A stretch of DNA of 64,000 nt from contig OZ287752.1 in NCBI GenBank assembly GCA_965649765.1, positions 13,082,001-13,146,000 of the forward strand, in the 5' to 3' direction. Under the pieces are notes generated by a model. The model did not search any database, had not been told where the DNA came from, and saw nothing but the letters and a program-made list of their open reading frames with translations. This stretch comes from Bispira polyomma (lineage: Eukaryota). The translations under genes were made by a program, and so were the position numbers. Below, piece by piece: positions 1 to 13,500 of this stretch (its first letter is position 1; each line of letters begins with the position of its first letter).

Positions 1-194
1 GGTTTTACATAATGTATGGGCCACATAGTGTTTATCTATTAAAAAGCCCAACTAAAATTACATTGTTGAATGAAGTGTAAACAAATTAAATTAAGAATGC
101 TTGTTTAAATATTGTGTGATTTTAAAAAATTAATAGAAATGTCCATATACCATCGTAGTAGAGTGGCATATGTAGGGTGGTGTGCCAAATACAT

Positions 195-325
195 ATATTC
201 TATTTCTTACAAAGAATTGGATAAAGAAATAACATCTTTTGTTTCCCCTTTGCAAAAAATGTTCGCATTCAAACTAGCTTTTAATGAAAAACTTTACTTA
301 TTAATATTATTATTTCTTTCATTAT
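195..325 (-). repeat. Paralogous upstream-flank segment of the Ig receptor gene family; implies another copy left of the window
   Basis: tatttcttac...tttgtttcccctttgcaaa...ttaatatta matches the regions upstream of exon 1 in copy 1 (~4022-4140) and copy 2 (~16432-16545). Confidence 0.65.
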
Positions 326-2299
326 TTTCTTTACATGTTCATTAATTTCCAGATATCATATGTAATTCTTCTATCACTGTATAATACTGATAGACACAAT
401 ACACTAAATCTCAACCTTTCAGACGTCATATCAAATTCCCATCCTGAGTGCAGATTATTGTCATCAGTTTCACAGTAAAGCTGGACTCCATCATCATCCT
501 TGTCCACAGTGAGTTGGTACTCCAGTGTCTTGGCTATCACCACTGCTAGATGTGACGTCCTTCTAAGTCTGAACAACTTCAGTCTACCAGCAGGATTACT
601 GTTTACTTCACAAGTCAAGGTCAGCAGAGTATTCTCATTTACTGTTGAGGATAGGGAGGCTGTAGGTTCACTCACTGATAATTGTACATCTAGAATTTAA
701 CTAGTACGTAACTAAACAAGGCACAATATACCGCGAATACCATTATAAACCTATTAATCAACATCAAACTTTGGTGGAGCAAACCTTATGTGCAGAGGCA
801 TGGTTGACCCCTTAATTACCATTTAATGTAAAGCATTTAACGGTAACATAAAAAATATTGTAATGAGCCACATTATTGCTGATAATTTCTGACTATAATT
901 ACATCAGTGAGATCCTGACTAAGAATGAACAACCATATTTAACATAACAGAAAACAAAGTCAATAGTGACACTAGACTAGGTTACCGTCTCCAAACGAGG
1001 CGTGTTATTGCTGATGTTCTTGCGTATCATCAGTAAATCAAAGCATCAGTCAGGGGAAATTTCAAATATGCCAGAATCTGATTGTAGCCAATTGTTTGCT
1101 GGTTCCAGTTGATGTTTTGTGTACCTAATGTCTAGGCATACATTGTATCATAGTCAATCTATTCTCCCTTTATCTGGTATTCAAAGTGCTAATTGTGTTT
1201 TCTTCTGAACACTATCATTTATCTTCAATTTACCATTTTTAAATTCCAAATTCTAATCATGAAATGATACAAGTGTTGTCATATCTATATGCTTTTCATC
1301 ATAAAATAGGGACAGATCACACGTAAAACTTTATGGGCCGAGGAAGGCTCGTGCTAAAAATGTAACAACACTATAAGTTATAAGAAAAGTCCTTAGGACA
1401 AATGCATACCATGTACAGTTTGTTAAAAAGACTGACGTTCTCAGAAAAATGACATGAGTCTAGGGGACTTTAATGCCATATGTATACAATCTGCCTGACG
1501 TTTGGATGTGATAACACCCATCCAGCTGTATTGTTAACTGATACATAAGAAAAAGGCCTGAGAGCCATAAGTTGAGAGGCCCACTGCAGGAACTCAGACA
1601 GGAAAGCAATGTAATAGAATTCATGACATACTTACAGTACACAACTAAGGTTTCAGTGTTTGATGTGTTCACTAATTCTATTGGTCCCTCACCCTAAGTC
1701 AGTTCATACTGTACTCCTTGACCTTGCGGTTAAAGCTCAGTATCTGTGTACAAGTCACTGTATAAGTCAGGCCATTACTCACCTCACTCTCTGTCTGAAC
1801 ACCTCCACTGTAGTACTCACTGCTTACTTGTACTCTGAAGTCTGTCTGCTCTGTCCCTGGATAGATGAAGGACACTTCACACTCAATAGATTTGGGTGCA
1901 CCCTCAATTACAAAACCTATGGTAGTAACATTCACAGAATATGGAGCAACTGAAATAAATATAGTAATCTATATTTATATAATTACTTCGATGTAACAAT
2001 GGGAAACATGAGATTATGTACGATGACGTTGTGAATATAATAAACCTTAACTGTATGGTATTTTAAATGTTGAGTGATATACTAATAAGGATACTGTTTC
2101 ATGAAACATATTTACTCTATTTTACCTGGATAGATGGAGGACACTCTACACTCAATGGTTTTGGGTTCACTCTCAATTACATTATCTATGGTGGAAAGGC
2201 TCACTGAATCTGGGGCATCTGAAAAATATAAGATTTTGATGTAACAGTGTAACAGTAAAGAACAACAGAAGATGCATGATAACGTTGTGGTGACATTTC

Positions 2300-3420
2300 A
2301 GTAGTGCTGCTCTTTCTTAATTGAAGTCATATTTAGCCGACAGACCTCAAGCAGTTCAAATTGGTTCATTTCTTTCTGACTTTACTAAGCTCGAATTTGG
2401 TGTCCTCAGGGTTAGGCTCTCAGGCCAACCCTTATCTCTTTACATACTAAATCTCTTAGTCACATTTTTAGTCACTATCAAATGTTGTCACAGCTTTTGG
2501 TGACCTCAAAACTTGCCTGAAAGAGGCGAAGGAATGGCTGCTATCAAATAGCTCAAGCTTGATCCTGACAAAACATAATTTGTTGTTTTGTTTTTTTTTG
2601 TTCTAGTAAACAACCCAGTGATTTATCAATTTTGTTTCCAATAAACATCCTGGGGAATATGATATCACCTTCAGATGTTGAACGTTCAGCAAACATGCCA
2701 CTTTTGTCTGTAAATCCTGTTTTGACAGTCTGAGAGATTAAAGCCTACACTTCCTTTTTGCACATTATGACATTAGCCAATTTGTGTGTTTCTGAACCAA
2801 TTTGACATCGGCCGATGTAGCACTTCCTTTTATCAGATATTTACTAAATATTTAATAATAAAAAAAAATATTTTCTTCATTTTTGTACAAAAATAGGACA
2901 GACCTCCGATTTTTTTCCTTCAAGACAGATAAAATATGTTGGCCCAAAACATGTTGGTCGATGTCTGTTCTTATCTGATGCAAATATGCTGAAAGGAAGC
3001 ACTAGGTAGTATTGAAAAAGTGAAAAAAAATCATGCTGAAAGGAAGCGTATGGTAAGATAATTAAAAAAGTTATTTGTCACGGGATACAGCTGTGCTGTT
3101 TGCTAATGGACTTGTGAGGAGTCACACTGACTACTGTATACCCCATTCTGTAAGCAGGCTGTATGGAAAGAACATTTCTCTCCTTACAGGCTTCATGTTA
3201 AATTGTGATGTATGTTCAAAACTGACACACTCATCAACACATCTCTTAATACAGGCCTCTCGAAATACCTTAGCCCATATCTAACCCTTACTCTCAGCAA
3301 GTCAATAGCCATTGTTGTAATCCTAACAAATTGTTATGGAACCACCTATCACTAGATATTAGGAGCTCACTTTCTGTTTTAGCCTTCAGAAGCAAGCTTA
3401 AGCCCTATCTCTAACAAAAA
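2300..3420 (+). mobile_element. Degenerate L2/CR1-group LINE RT fragments interrupting Ig copy 1
   Basis: Remnant peptides KSYLADRPQAVQIG...LEFGV, LKLDPDKT and LSRDTAVLFANGLVRSHTDYC resemble the intact RT ORFs in this window. Confidence 0.75.
2742..3053. mobile_element. MITE (PIF/Harbinger-like) nested in the LINE fragment
   Basis: Imperfect ~20-bp TIRs (gcctacacttcctttttgca / tgctgaaaggaagcgtatgg) with TAA at both flanks. LINE homology resumes on either side. Confidence 0.5.
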
Positions 3421-4986
3421 GCTCTGGTCCTGTGGTCAGTAAAATAAGTAAACACACGACTTTAAGTAGATAGACTAATCCAATCAAGTTGTTTGATGTC
3501 ACTTTTAGGTAAACCAGAATCACAAACTATGGTCATTAAGTCTCCGTGTAAGACATAGAAAGTAGAGCCAGAACTGTAAGGACTTTCATAGTGAGTATTC
3601 ACTAATAATATTGATCAGATAAGACAATATATGTTATAATCTTTACAAATCTTAAAATTAACACTAATAAATGAAATACAATGGACATTATTAGATGTAC
3701 CATAAATTATATGTTATTATATATGAATTACTCACCACTGAAAAGTGTAAGCCAAAACAGCCATTGGACAATAATTTTTACTATTTAAGAAATTATAAAA
3801 AATTATTCATATTATTAGCATACATAAGTCAATGTCCCTCGATGTGTGTGGTACATGTATTATATTATACGTGGAACAAATAAGGAAGTTAATTCATAAA
3901 TACTGGATATCTAGTATCCAGGGCGCCTTTATGTCAATAGGAGTATAAGAAGTGCCACTAATATACTTAACTGCCTGATATCTGAACATATGTATATAAA
4001 TTCTGTGTTTCCAATACAATAGTCTATTTCTTACAGAAATTTAAGTACGAAACCTCATCCTTTGTTTCCCCTTTGCAAATATTCACATATTGGATTTTTC
4101 AAAAAAACTTTTTAATATTAATAATTGTTTATTTTATTAACACTCTTTATTACTTAGGATGAGAAGTGATCATCCATTTTGATTGTTAGGGTTCTGAGAG
4201 CCAGATAAGATCTAATGCAATCAAGACAGTTTTATTTAGTCCAAACCACTGTTTTAGGGCATAAAACATAAATTGGCCCATGTCTAAAGGAATAGTCTTT
4301 AAATTAGTTAATCTCATGAAACATTAGTATTGCAAGAAGACACTCCAGATAAATAGTATATTCGTCTTCAATAATAGTAACAATGCAGAAAGTTTTATTT
4401 CCTGCCGCCTATGATTTGTATAATGATGTCATACATATGTGCACTATTCTGCCATGGGAAATACTAAATGTTGACGATTTAATACACACATGCTTTGTGC
4501 AGTTTAAATTTAGTGTATTACGGGTTCATAAAAATTATGGACTGAGAATCTTTTCAGCAGGTTAGATTGGACCCTTGATTTTTCCCTCTAGGTCAATTTG
4601 CTTATAACATGCATATTATGGGTCCTTCACATTATGTTTTGATTGCGAAAGTGAGTAGCATCAGGGGATCCGTTTACTGGGTTTATTATAACAACAACCA
4701 AACCACAACAGGTCTACCTCCCCAGCTTGTCACCCTGTCAAAGTGTCAAACATTCAACCCACTGTGGGCAAGCAAACTTGTCACCTTTGTTGGCAATACC
4801 AATTAAAAATGTTCACTAGCTAGGAACTGGGTCAACACATTTTCTTGCCAAAATTCCCCACTGGGGTCAGAAAAGCCCCCAGCCTTCATTCTTGGTTTAA
4901 CTCTCTGGGTGCAAGAGGAAAAATTCCCTCCCTCCCTTTAAACTATAGGAAAGCAGTCAAGTTTAGGTCAATAGAGTTTGGACTTT

Positions 4987-7062
4987 GTGCGATGTAAATG
5001 AATGGACCAATGCTGCCATTACAGAGGCCAAAAGACGCAAACGCCAACTTGAGCGTCAATGGCAACGCACAAAATCCTCCTTAGACAGAAGCCGTTACCG
5101 TATCGCCACAAATAATTACAACAGGTTAATAACTGATGCCAAAAAGCAACACTACGACTCCATCATCACTGAAAATCAGGATAATCCCAAAAGGTTATGG
5201 GCCTCCATAAACAAAATTCTACATCGAACATCAGAGAAAGTTCTCCCCATAAACCACTGCCTTACTTTTTTAGCAGAAAAATTTGGAAAAATTTTTATTG
5301 AAAAAATCAGCAAAATTCGTGACGCCTTCCCAACGATACATCACTTCAACCCTCCAGCCCCAGGATATAAGGTTTGTAACCTGTTTCATTTTAGTACACT
5401 GTCAGAGCCTGAAGTTCTGAAACTCATCAAATCCTCTACCATTAAATCTTGTGACTTAGATCCCATCCCAGCAGTTATACTGAGTCAATGTCTTGACATT
5501 CTTGTCACACCCATAACAAATATATTAAATTTTTCTCTTCGGGATGGTGTTTTTCCCACCTGTTTCAAGACGGCAAACGTAACTCCCTTGATTAAAAACC
5601 AAGGGCTTGATAAAAACCAGCTCAAAAACTACAGACCGGTGTCAAACCTCAGCTTCGTCTCAAAAGTCATCGAGAAAGCTGTAGCTAAACAAATTTCTGA
5701 CCACCTTAATAGACAAAACATTCAAAATCGCCACCAGTCTGCTTATAGAAAATTTCACTCTACAGAAAGTGCCCTTTTTTCAATTAGCAATGATATCAAT
5801 CTTGCACTGAACCGCAATGACACAGTGGCCCTCACCCTTCTAGATCTCTCAGCTGCTTTCGACACTATTGATCATGTCCTGCTCTGCGACACTCTCAAGC
5901 AGTGGTTCGGTATAAATGGCAGTGTCCTTAAATGGATCAGATCCTACCTTACTCTTAGAGCACAAAGAATTAAACTAGATGATCACCTATCATCTTCCAT
6001 AAAACTTCCATATGGAGTACCCCAGGGATCCGTCCTTGGTCCTCTACTTTTCACCCTTTATACACATCCTCTCAGCACTGTCATCAATAAACACAATATA
6101 AAACACCACATGTATGCAGACGACACTCAAGTCTATCTCTCCCTCAATCCACAAAATGCAGATACTAACATAGACCTACTTGCAGACTGTCTGTCTGATG
6201 TCCAGGCGTGGATGAACTACTCCAAACTAAAGCTTAACCCAGAAAAAACAGAATTCATCCTCATAGGAAACAAGAAAAACAGTGAACTCCTAAAATCTTT
6301 GTTTCCCATCTCCCTGCTGGGAAAAGACCTGGGTGTCACTTTTGATTCAGCTTTTTCGTTCGATACGCATTTTGCCAACATCTGTTGCTCCTGCTATTAC
6401 CACATACGTGATATCAAAAGAATCAGAAACCACTTGTCCATGGACACAGCGATAACTGTGGCAAATGCCCTTGTGAGTAGCCGCCTCGACTACTGCAATT
6501 CTCTCTTGTACGAAGCAAACAAGTCAAACATTAAAAAGCTCCAGTCCATCCAAAACTACCTATGTAGGGTCATTTTTCGCCTGGGTTGTCGCACAGATGT
6601 CACTCCTTACCTCAAAAAATTACACTGGTTGCCCATTGAATCTCGAATTTTGTTTAAGATTCACGTTACCACTTTTAAGGCTGTAGTCACTCAACAGCCA
6701 CCCTACCTTGCCTCCCTTCTTTCCTTCAGTAACCGTAAGAGAGGAAACAGACTCTCTGTCACTTCGGTCAGACCAATCAGAAAGGCGGGTTTCAGAGCAT
6801 TCTCCACTGCAGCTCCACGGTTATGGAACAGTCTCCCAGTCGACCTCAGATCAGTTGATACGCTTATCGGTTTTAGGAAAAAGCTTAAAACCTATCGTTT
6901 TAATCTTGCCTACCCACCTTAGCTTTCCTCGTGCACGCTTCCACTTCCTTCCTTACGACTTTACAATTTCCACGGACTTAATGATTGGACTAATGATTCT
7001 GCTGTTGCGCTTTAGAAGATGCCTAGCATCAATAAAGCGCGTTAAAAATCCATAATAATAAT
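4987..7062 (+). mobile_element. 5'-truncated L2/CR1-group LINE with an open reverse transcriptase ORF (4985-6922)
   Basis: RT motifs NYRPVSNL, LLDLSAAFDTIDH, GVPQGSVLGP and YADDTQ; C-terminal LHWLPI...F..AAPRLWNSLP; short 3' UTR ending in (taa)n. Confidence 0.95.
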
Positions 7063-7886
7063 TAATTAAAATGTTAAGTCTCCATAGAGCAGGCAGCCTT
7101 TTTCAAAGCTTCTTGTTTTAGCCTTTGCTAAGGCTACACTTTATTGTTGTATTTTGTAAGGCATTAGGTTAAGTGTCCAAGCTCTGACCATGTAGTTTAG
7201 TAAGTATTTGTTATTTTTATATGTATTAGTGATTTTAGCAAATTTTATTATATACACCTTACGTTATACATTTATATTAATCATTTTAACACAATCCTAA
7301 CCTAACAACTTAAGGCCACCTTAACAAATAAAAACTAAGTCTAACTTTAAGGTTCCCTTAACCAAGTGTAGGGTCACCTTAGGACTAAGGTTAAGGCCAA
7401 AAATAGTCTAAGGACTAGTTAGTAGGGGGTGTACGAAATAACGTGTGTGTGCAATAAATAGCCCAAATGTATCATATGGTGTTTTTACTTTTCTTGTGTT
7501 TAAAGTTATCTGCTTTCCCTCACAATTCCAACCTTTCAAACTGTAACCTGGGTAAACTGGGAAATAATGGCTAGTAATCTGTTCAGCAGGTAAGATTTGA
7601 CCCTCCATCAAGATCAAATGGCTGTCTTCAATTATGTAAGGCCCTTTTTGTTTTAGGGACGTAATGTTTTGCATATTAATGGTCCTGAGGTTTGTAATGT
7701 GAAATCAATTTGCTCCAAATTATAGTCTAGGAATCTTCTGAGCATATCAAATTTAACCCGTTCTTCAAGTTCAAAAGAGTGTATCCATACTACTTATTGG
7801 TCAACAGGTTTGTGTCGTGAAATTAAGTTGTAGAAAGCCATAGGCTTAATCTTTCCACCAGGTTAGATTTGACCCTTGATCCTTCC

Positions 7887-9541
7887 CGTACATGAGGAAA
7901 GCTAAGGTGGGTAGGCAAGATTAAAAAGATAGGTTTTAAGCTTTTTCCTAAAACCGATAAGTGTATTAACTGATCTGAGGTCAACTGGGAGATTGTTCCA
8001 TAACCGTGGAGCTGCAGTGGAGAACGCTCTGAAACCCACCTTTCTGATTCGTCTGACCAAAGTGACTGAGAGTCTGTCGCCTCTCCTGAAGGAAAGAAGG
8101 GAGGCAAGGTAGGTTGGCTGTTGAGTGACTACAGCATTAAAAGTGGTAAAGTGAATCTTAAACAAAATTCGAGATTTAATGGGCAACCAGTGTAATTTTT
8201 TGAGGTAAGGAGTGACGTCTGTGCGACAACCCAAGCAAAAAATGACCCTGCATAGGTAGTTTTGGATGGACTGGAGCTTTTTAATGTTTGACTTGTTTGC
8301 TTCGTACAAGAGAGAATTGCAGTAGTCGAGGCGGCTACTCACAAGGGCATTTGCCACAGTTATCGCCTTGTCCATGGACAAGTGGTTTCTAATTCTTTTG
8401 ATGTCGCGTATGTGGTAATAGCAGGAGCGACAGATGTTGGCAACATGAGTATTGAACGAAAAAGCTGAATCAAAAGTGACACCCAGATTTTTAGCATTTT
8501 CGGAAGGTAGTATGTCTTTTCCCACCAGAGAGATGGGAAACAAAGATTTTAGGAGTTCACTGTTTTTCTTGTTTCCTATGAGGATGAATTCTGTTTTGTC
8601 AGGGTTAAGCTTTAGTTTGGAGTAGTTCATCTACGCCTGGACATCAGACAGACAGTCTGCAAGTAGGTCTATGTTAGTATCTGCGTTTTGTGGATTGAGG
8701 AAGAGATAGACTTGAGTGTCGTCTGCATACATGTGGTGTTTTATATTGTGTTTATTGATGACAGTGCTGAGAGGATGTGTATAAAGGGTGAAAAGTAGAG
8801 GACCAAGGACGGATCCCTGGGGTACTCCATATGGAAGTTTTATGGAAGATGATAGGTGATCATCTAGTTTAATTCTTTGTGCCCTAAGAGTAAGGTAGGA
8901 TCTGATGCATTTAAGGACACTGCCATTTATACCAAACCACTGCTTGAGAGTGTCGCAGAGCAGGACATGATCAATAGTGTCGAATGCAGCTGAGAGATCC
9001 AGAAGGGTGAGGGCCACTGTGTCATTGCGGTCCAGTGCAAGATTAATATTATTGCTGATTGAAAAAGGGCCCTTTCTGTAGATTGAAATTTTCTATAAGC
9101 AGACTGGTGACGATTTTCAATGTTTTGTCTATTAAGGTGGTCAGAAATTTGTTTAGCTACAGCTTTCCCGATGATTTTTGAGACAAAGCTGAGGTTTGAC
9201 ACCGGTCTGTAGTTTTTGAGCTGGTTTTTATCAAGCCCTTGTTTTTTGATCAAGGGAGTTACATTTCGGGAGTTACATCCCGAAGAGAAAAATTTAATAT
9301 ATTTGTTATGGGTGTGACAAGAATGTCAAGACATTGACTCAGTATAACTGCTGGGATGGGATCTAAGTCACAAGATTTAATAGTAGAGGATTTGATGAGT
9401 TTCAGAACTTCAAGCTCTGACAGTGTGCTAAAATGAAACAGGTTACAAACCTTATATCCTGGGGCTGGAGGGTTGAAGTGATGTATCGTTGGGAAGGCGT
9501 CATGAATTTTGCTGATTTTTTCTATAAAATTTTTTCCAAAT
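7887..9541 (-). mobile_element. Second, near-identical copy of the same LINE in inverted orientation (stop codon, frameshifts, both ends truncated)
   Basis: ORFs 7902-8630, 8631-9017 and 8927-9253 are nearly identical to 4985-6922; TGG>TAG at 8631-8633. Confidence 0.93.
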
Positions 9542-10343
9542 TAGAGAAAGCTCCAGGTCCAGCCCTGTTGGTAGTTTTCCCTTCTTAAGGTTTCTGAGAG
9601 AAATGCGCGCAGCAAGGTAGGATGCAGGGAGAAAGCACCTTTGAATGTGGTTACATGGATTTTAAACAAGTATGCATTCTGAGACTGTCATTTTAAAGTT
9701 ATAGCCACTGCAAATTATCTGTTACTACATGGCATTGACTTCGGGTTGTCAGAAGGGTAGATTTTGATGTTGACTTTCTGTGGTTTGTACAATAATTAGA
9801 TCACTCCAGTAGATTGATACCAGTATATTTTAACACTGGAACACTACATTACTTCGAAATTATTTATTCTTTTTAAAACATTTCAGAAGTCAAAACCAGA
9901 ATCATAGATGACTATGGTGATACAGATTGCTAAATTTTCAGTAAACATATTTCCTTTACCTAAAGTAAAATATGAGTCTCATGACCTCTTGTGATGCACC
10001 ATTATTGATGTTTGGTGCTCCAGGTTAACAAAGTTCAGTTTGAAATTTAAAATATTATTTAATATCAAGATTATATAACAAAGTATGCAGATTATGAATT
10101 ACTAAAATTAAGATTTAATCTTAGTAAACTATATGTACGGCTTATTGTCATCTATGAACAGGATACACAGCAGACCCCAGTCCAGTTATAAATTAAGTAC
10201 ATGCAATATGTTATCACAACAATTTTGTAACATCTAAGTATCCAACATTCATTAAGTATATACACAGCTGCTATCCTTGTTATATACATGTATCGGTTAA
10301 GTTCTGTTCTTCTGTACATCTGTAGGGTACAAGCAGCAGATCC

Positions 10344-10584
10344 TCAGTTAATTGTTTCATATGTCACTTGCTGCAATGACAATGTTAAAATCAATTTAAA
10401 CAATTCTTTTCACACCAAGTTATGATATTTAGATATAATTATTTGAGGATTATCAATAATGTGGTGGCCATACCTTCAAATCTGTGTACTCAGCTGGTGG
10501 TGTTGGTTCTTCTGGTTTTGCCATCTCATAGTTACTGATTTCATGTGTAGATGTGACATTTTCATATGTTGTTGGACTTTGATT
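10344..10584 (-). CDS. Cytoplasmic tail exons of Ig copy 2 with tyrosine motifs
   Basis: 10474-10584 encodes NQSPTTYENVTSTHEISNYEMAKPEEPTPPAEYTDLK|gtatgg; 10344-10370 is gcag|QVTYETIN TGA. Both exons have paralogs, with matching splice sites, at 22520-22630 and from 22374. Confidence 0.8.
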
Positions 10585-13500
10585 CTTAAAAATATGTCAC
10601 AATTAAATAACACCATGTTACCAGACGGAACTAATGTAAAAATACTCAAAGAAAGGGACAAACATTACACAAACTATGTTTTCAACTAGTATGCAATTCT
10701 GTTAAACGTAATGCTATGCTTTTTATGACTTACTGAAGTCCCTTTGGTAGTGTCAGCATTTTGGTTCTGGCTCCTCCTCAACAAAATCAGGGCAACTGTG
10801 AGAAAACCAACTATGGTAGACAGAACTGCTATTCCTGCTATTAGTCCGGTGTCTTTATTTGTAACGATATCTGAAGAAAGAGCCAAAAAAGGAACCTTGA
10901 AATAAAGCTTGCAATTCTAATTAATAATCGTGTTTAGTGTTAAATTCATACAAATTGTATACTTTTGTAGTGTACAAATTTTGTTATTGTATAGGACAGA
11001 TATGTTGCCTTTCACAGGTCAACTTACTTTTGTCCCTCATACTAAATTGCTGGGCTGTTACTTCATCAGTATCCTGATATATTACAAGGTAATACTCCTC
11101 TCCATCATATATTGTGCCCACTGTATATATTGTAACATTGGCATCAGTAATCTAGTAAATTGAAATGCAATTTTGTCGTCCATTGTTACACTTCAATAAA
11201 GCAGCTCTTGTGTAGTTTCCATCTATGTGTTCCCAGTACAAGGCCACAATCTCATCATATATATTTGCCTTCAATAACCCTCTCACAGATGGTAGACCTT
11301 AGATAAAGCAAAAAAAAATAACTACAACTCCAAGGTAAATGATGTAATGGTGATTTCTTTATATTTTTATTCAAATGTATATATTTATTGGTATTTAAAG
11401 TGTTTTCTTGACTCCTCAAGTACAGCAAATCAGTAGTGCTGCTCAAGACTGCTCACGACAGAGGATTATTCATTTAATAATGTTGTCAACATTCCTGAGC
11501 CACTAGGAATATGACAAATTTCTTCTGTCCTCTGTGTACCTAAGCGAGCAACCCACCCACTTTGCAACAGTGGCAAATTTGTACATTATACTATTTTACT
11601 TAACTATGTCCCCCTTGCATATTACCAATTGGTGTCTATGTAATATACAAAAATATCATAATATCAGTAAAAAAATATATTGGGAATATATTTTAGTTTT
11701 ATAGCTCCTTGGGTAAAAATATACATTTATTGAATAATTATAGTTGCACAGCCAAATACATGCTGGTACCTAAAGTTGTAACTGATATCTCTGGCTGGTG
11801 ATCACTTTCTCCATATTGGTTTTGAGCTTGAACCCTAAAGAAATACTCTGTATCAGATAATAAATTTGACACTTTGTACATAGTTCTCTTGCTATGTTCA
11901 CTGGTCTGAATTTCATCATAATACAGTATTTTAGTGTCCCCTTGATGTCTGTAATACACTGTAAATGTTTGTGTTACAGGACTCCTGCCGGCAATCCATG
12001 ACATAGTCACTGATATGGCAGTTATTGACTCAATTATAAAGGAGTGTGGTGGCTCTGGAACACCTGAAACACATGAAATAGGAAAGACTTACCAATAAAC
12101 ATAACTAACACTAAAAATGTTAGTAATTATCAATATTAAAAGTCAGTATGAGGGATTAGTACACTCCTATTTTGTACTATTCTGTTAGCATACCTGTTGT
12201 TCCGAAAACGTTGCCCGGTCGCATCTTGTTTTTTTATAGTCCCTGACCTTGATTTTCTAGATACACTCACAGTACATTAGCAGGATGGAAAAAAATTAGA
12301 TATTTTATAAACCCTAAAACATTCAATTTAAAATTTGACCATAGTAAAACATACCTCTTTCCAGTAACTCCAATGAAAAACTAACAGGCTGTTGAATACC
12401 ATTAGTCACAGTAACTGTATACACTGTGTAGTCTTCTATTTGTACGGTATTTATCACCAGTTCAGAAATAAATACTTCATCACTCATTTTTCTTGAATTC
12501 ACGCCATCAGTGATACTTGATCCACCAACTTTGCTCCACATAAAGGCTGCTACAATGTCACTAAACTCAGGAAAAGCTCTCACTGTGACAGTAAGAGTGA
12601 CTTGTTGATTTAGTCCAGCATAGAAAATCACAGTATCTCTACTGAGAAAAAGTGGTGGATCTGAAGGTACAGTGATATAAGTAGGATACACTAAATGTAA
12701 AACAGATAGCAATGTAATGTAATTCCTACAGTACACATATACAGTTACTTACAATGTACAACAACTTGTATCCCTCCTGTATCACTGCCCACTGTATTCC
12801 CTGCAGTATATCTATAAGTCCCTGCATCAGTGTACACTGCCTTCTCTATACTCAGCTCTGCGTTCTCTATCTGATCTGGTAGAGCCTGAGATGTGGTATC
12901 CTCATATTTAGGTTCAAACTCCCATAATTGGCTTGTGATTTCCACAGGGTTACCAACCTTAATGTTACAGCGAATAGCAAGTTCTGACCCTTCTTCTATT
13001 GTGATTGATGCAGTTTGAGCTGCTATGTCTGGAGGATCTGATTGAAAAGAAACATTACAAAAAACATTTAATGTAATACAAAATATGGTAATAAGACATG
13101 AAATAATCAGGGTATAATTTTTGTAAATATTTTTTCTGCCATTTAACGGCAGAAACATTTTCAGATTACATCTAATGACCAGCAATGCTTATAGTATAAG
13201 GCAAAGTTTTAAAATACAATGTGTGTTCATCTAAAAACATTTTCATATTACATCTAATGACCGGCAATGCTTATAGTATAAGGCAAAGTTTTAAAATATA
13301 ATGTGTGTTCACCTAAAACAAAAATCTAGATTGTCCAACTAATAATTATTCGTAATAAACAGTATTGCAGAAATGTTATAAGTTTAAAATCACCCTAAAT
13401 TCAACAGTTTTACTTTTTCTTCAGTAACTGTTTCAAGATACATCCTGGCTAATATACTTTTGATGGGTTTAAAGTTTTCTATGGGATGTGGTAAAATATT

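Larger units (their letters stand above)
396..3775 (-). pseudogene. Ig-superfamily receptor copy 1 (pseudogene; signal exon, partial V exon, Ig2, Ig3)
   Basis: Exon 1 at 3736-3775 reads ATT ATT where copy 2 has ATG ATG. Only the 5' half of the V exon survives (~3425-3601), with a TAA. A partial duplicate of the Ig2 exon lies at 2122-2218. The Ig2 exon at 1636-1949 has a 7-nt deletion, TGT>TAT and TGG>TAG. The Ig3 exon at 396-689 is open but has a weak donor (gtctat). No downstream exons were found. Confidence 0.85.

Noticed and set aside
7408-7674. ORFs 7408-7674, 4383-4565 and 20395-20685 as a novel duplicated protein
   Set aside because: They overlap decayed copies of the 147-bp repeat element and duplicated flank DNA, and the frames are not conserved.
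10344-10490. ITAM in the receptor tail (YTDL...YETI)
   Set aside because: Only four residues separate the two YxxL/I half-sites, versus six to eight in canonical ITAMs. ITIM/ITSM fits better.
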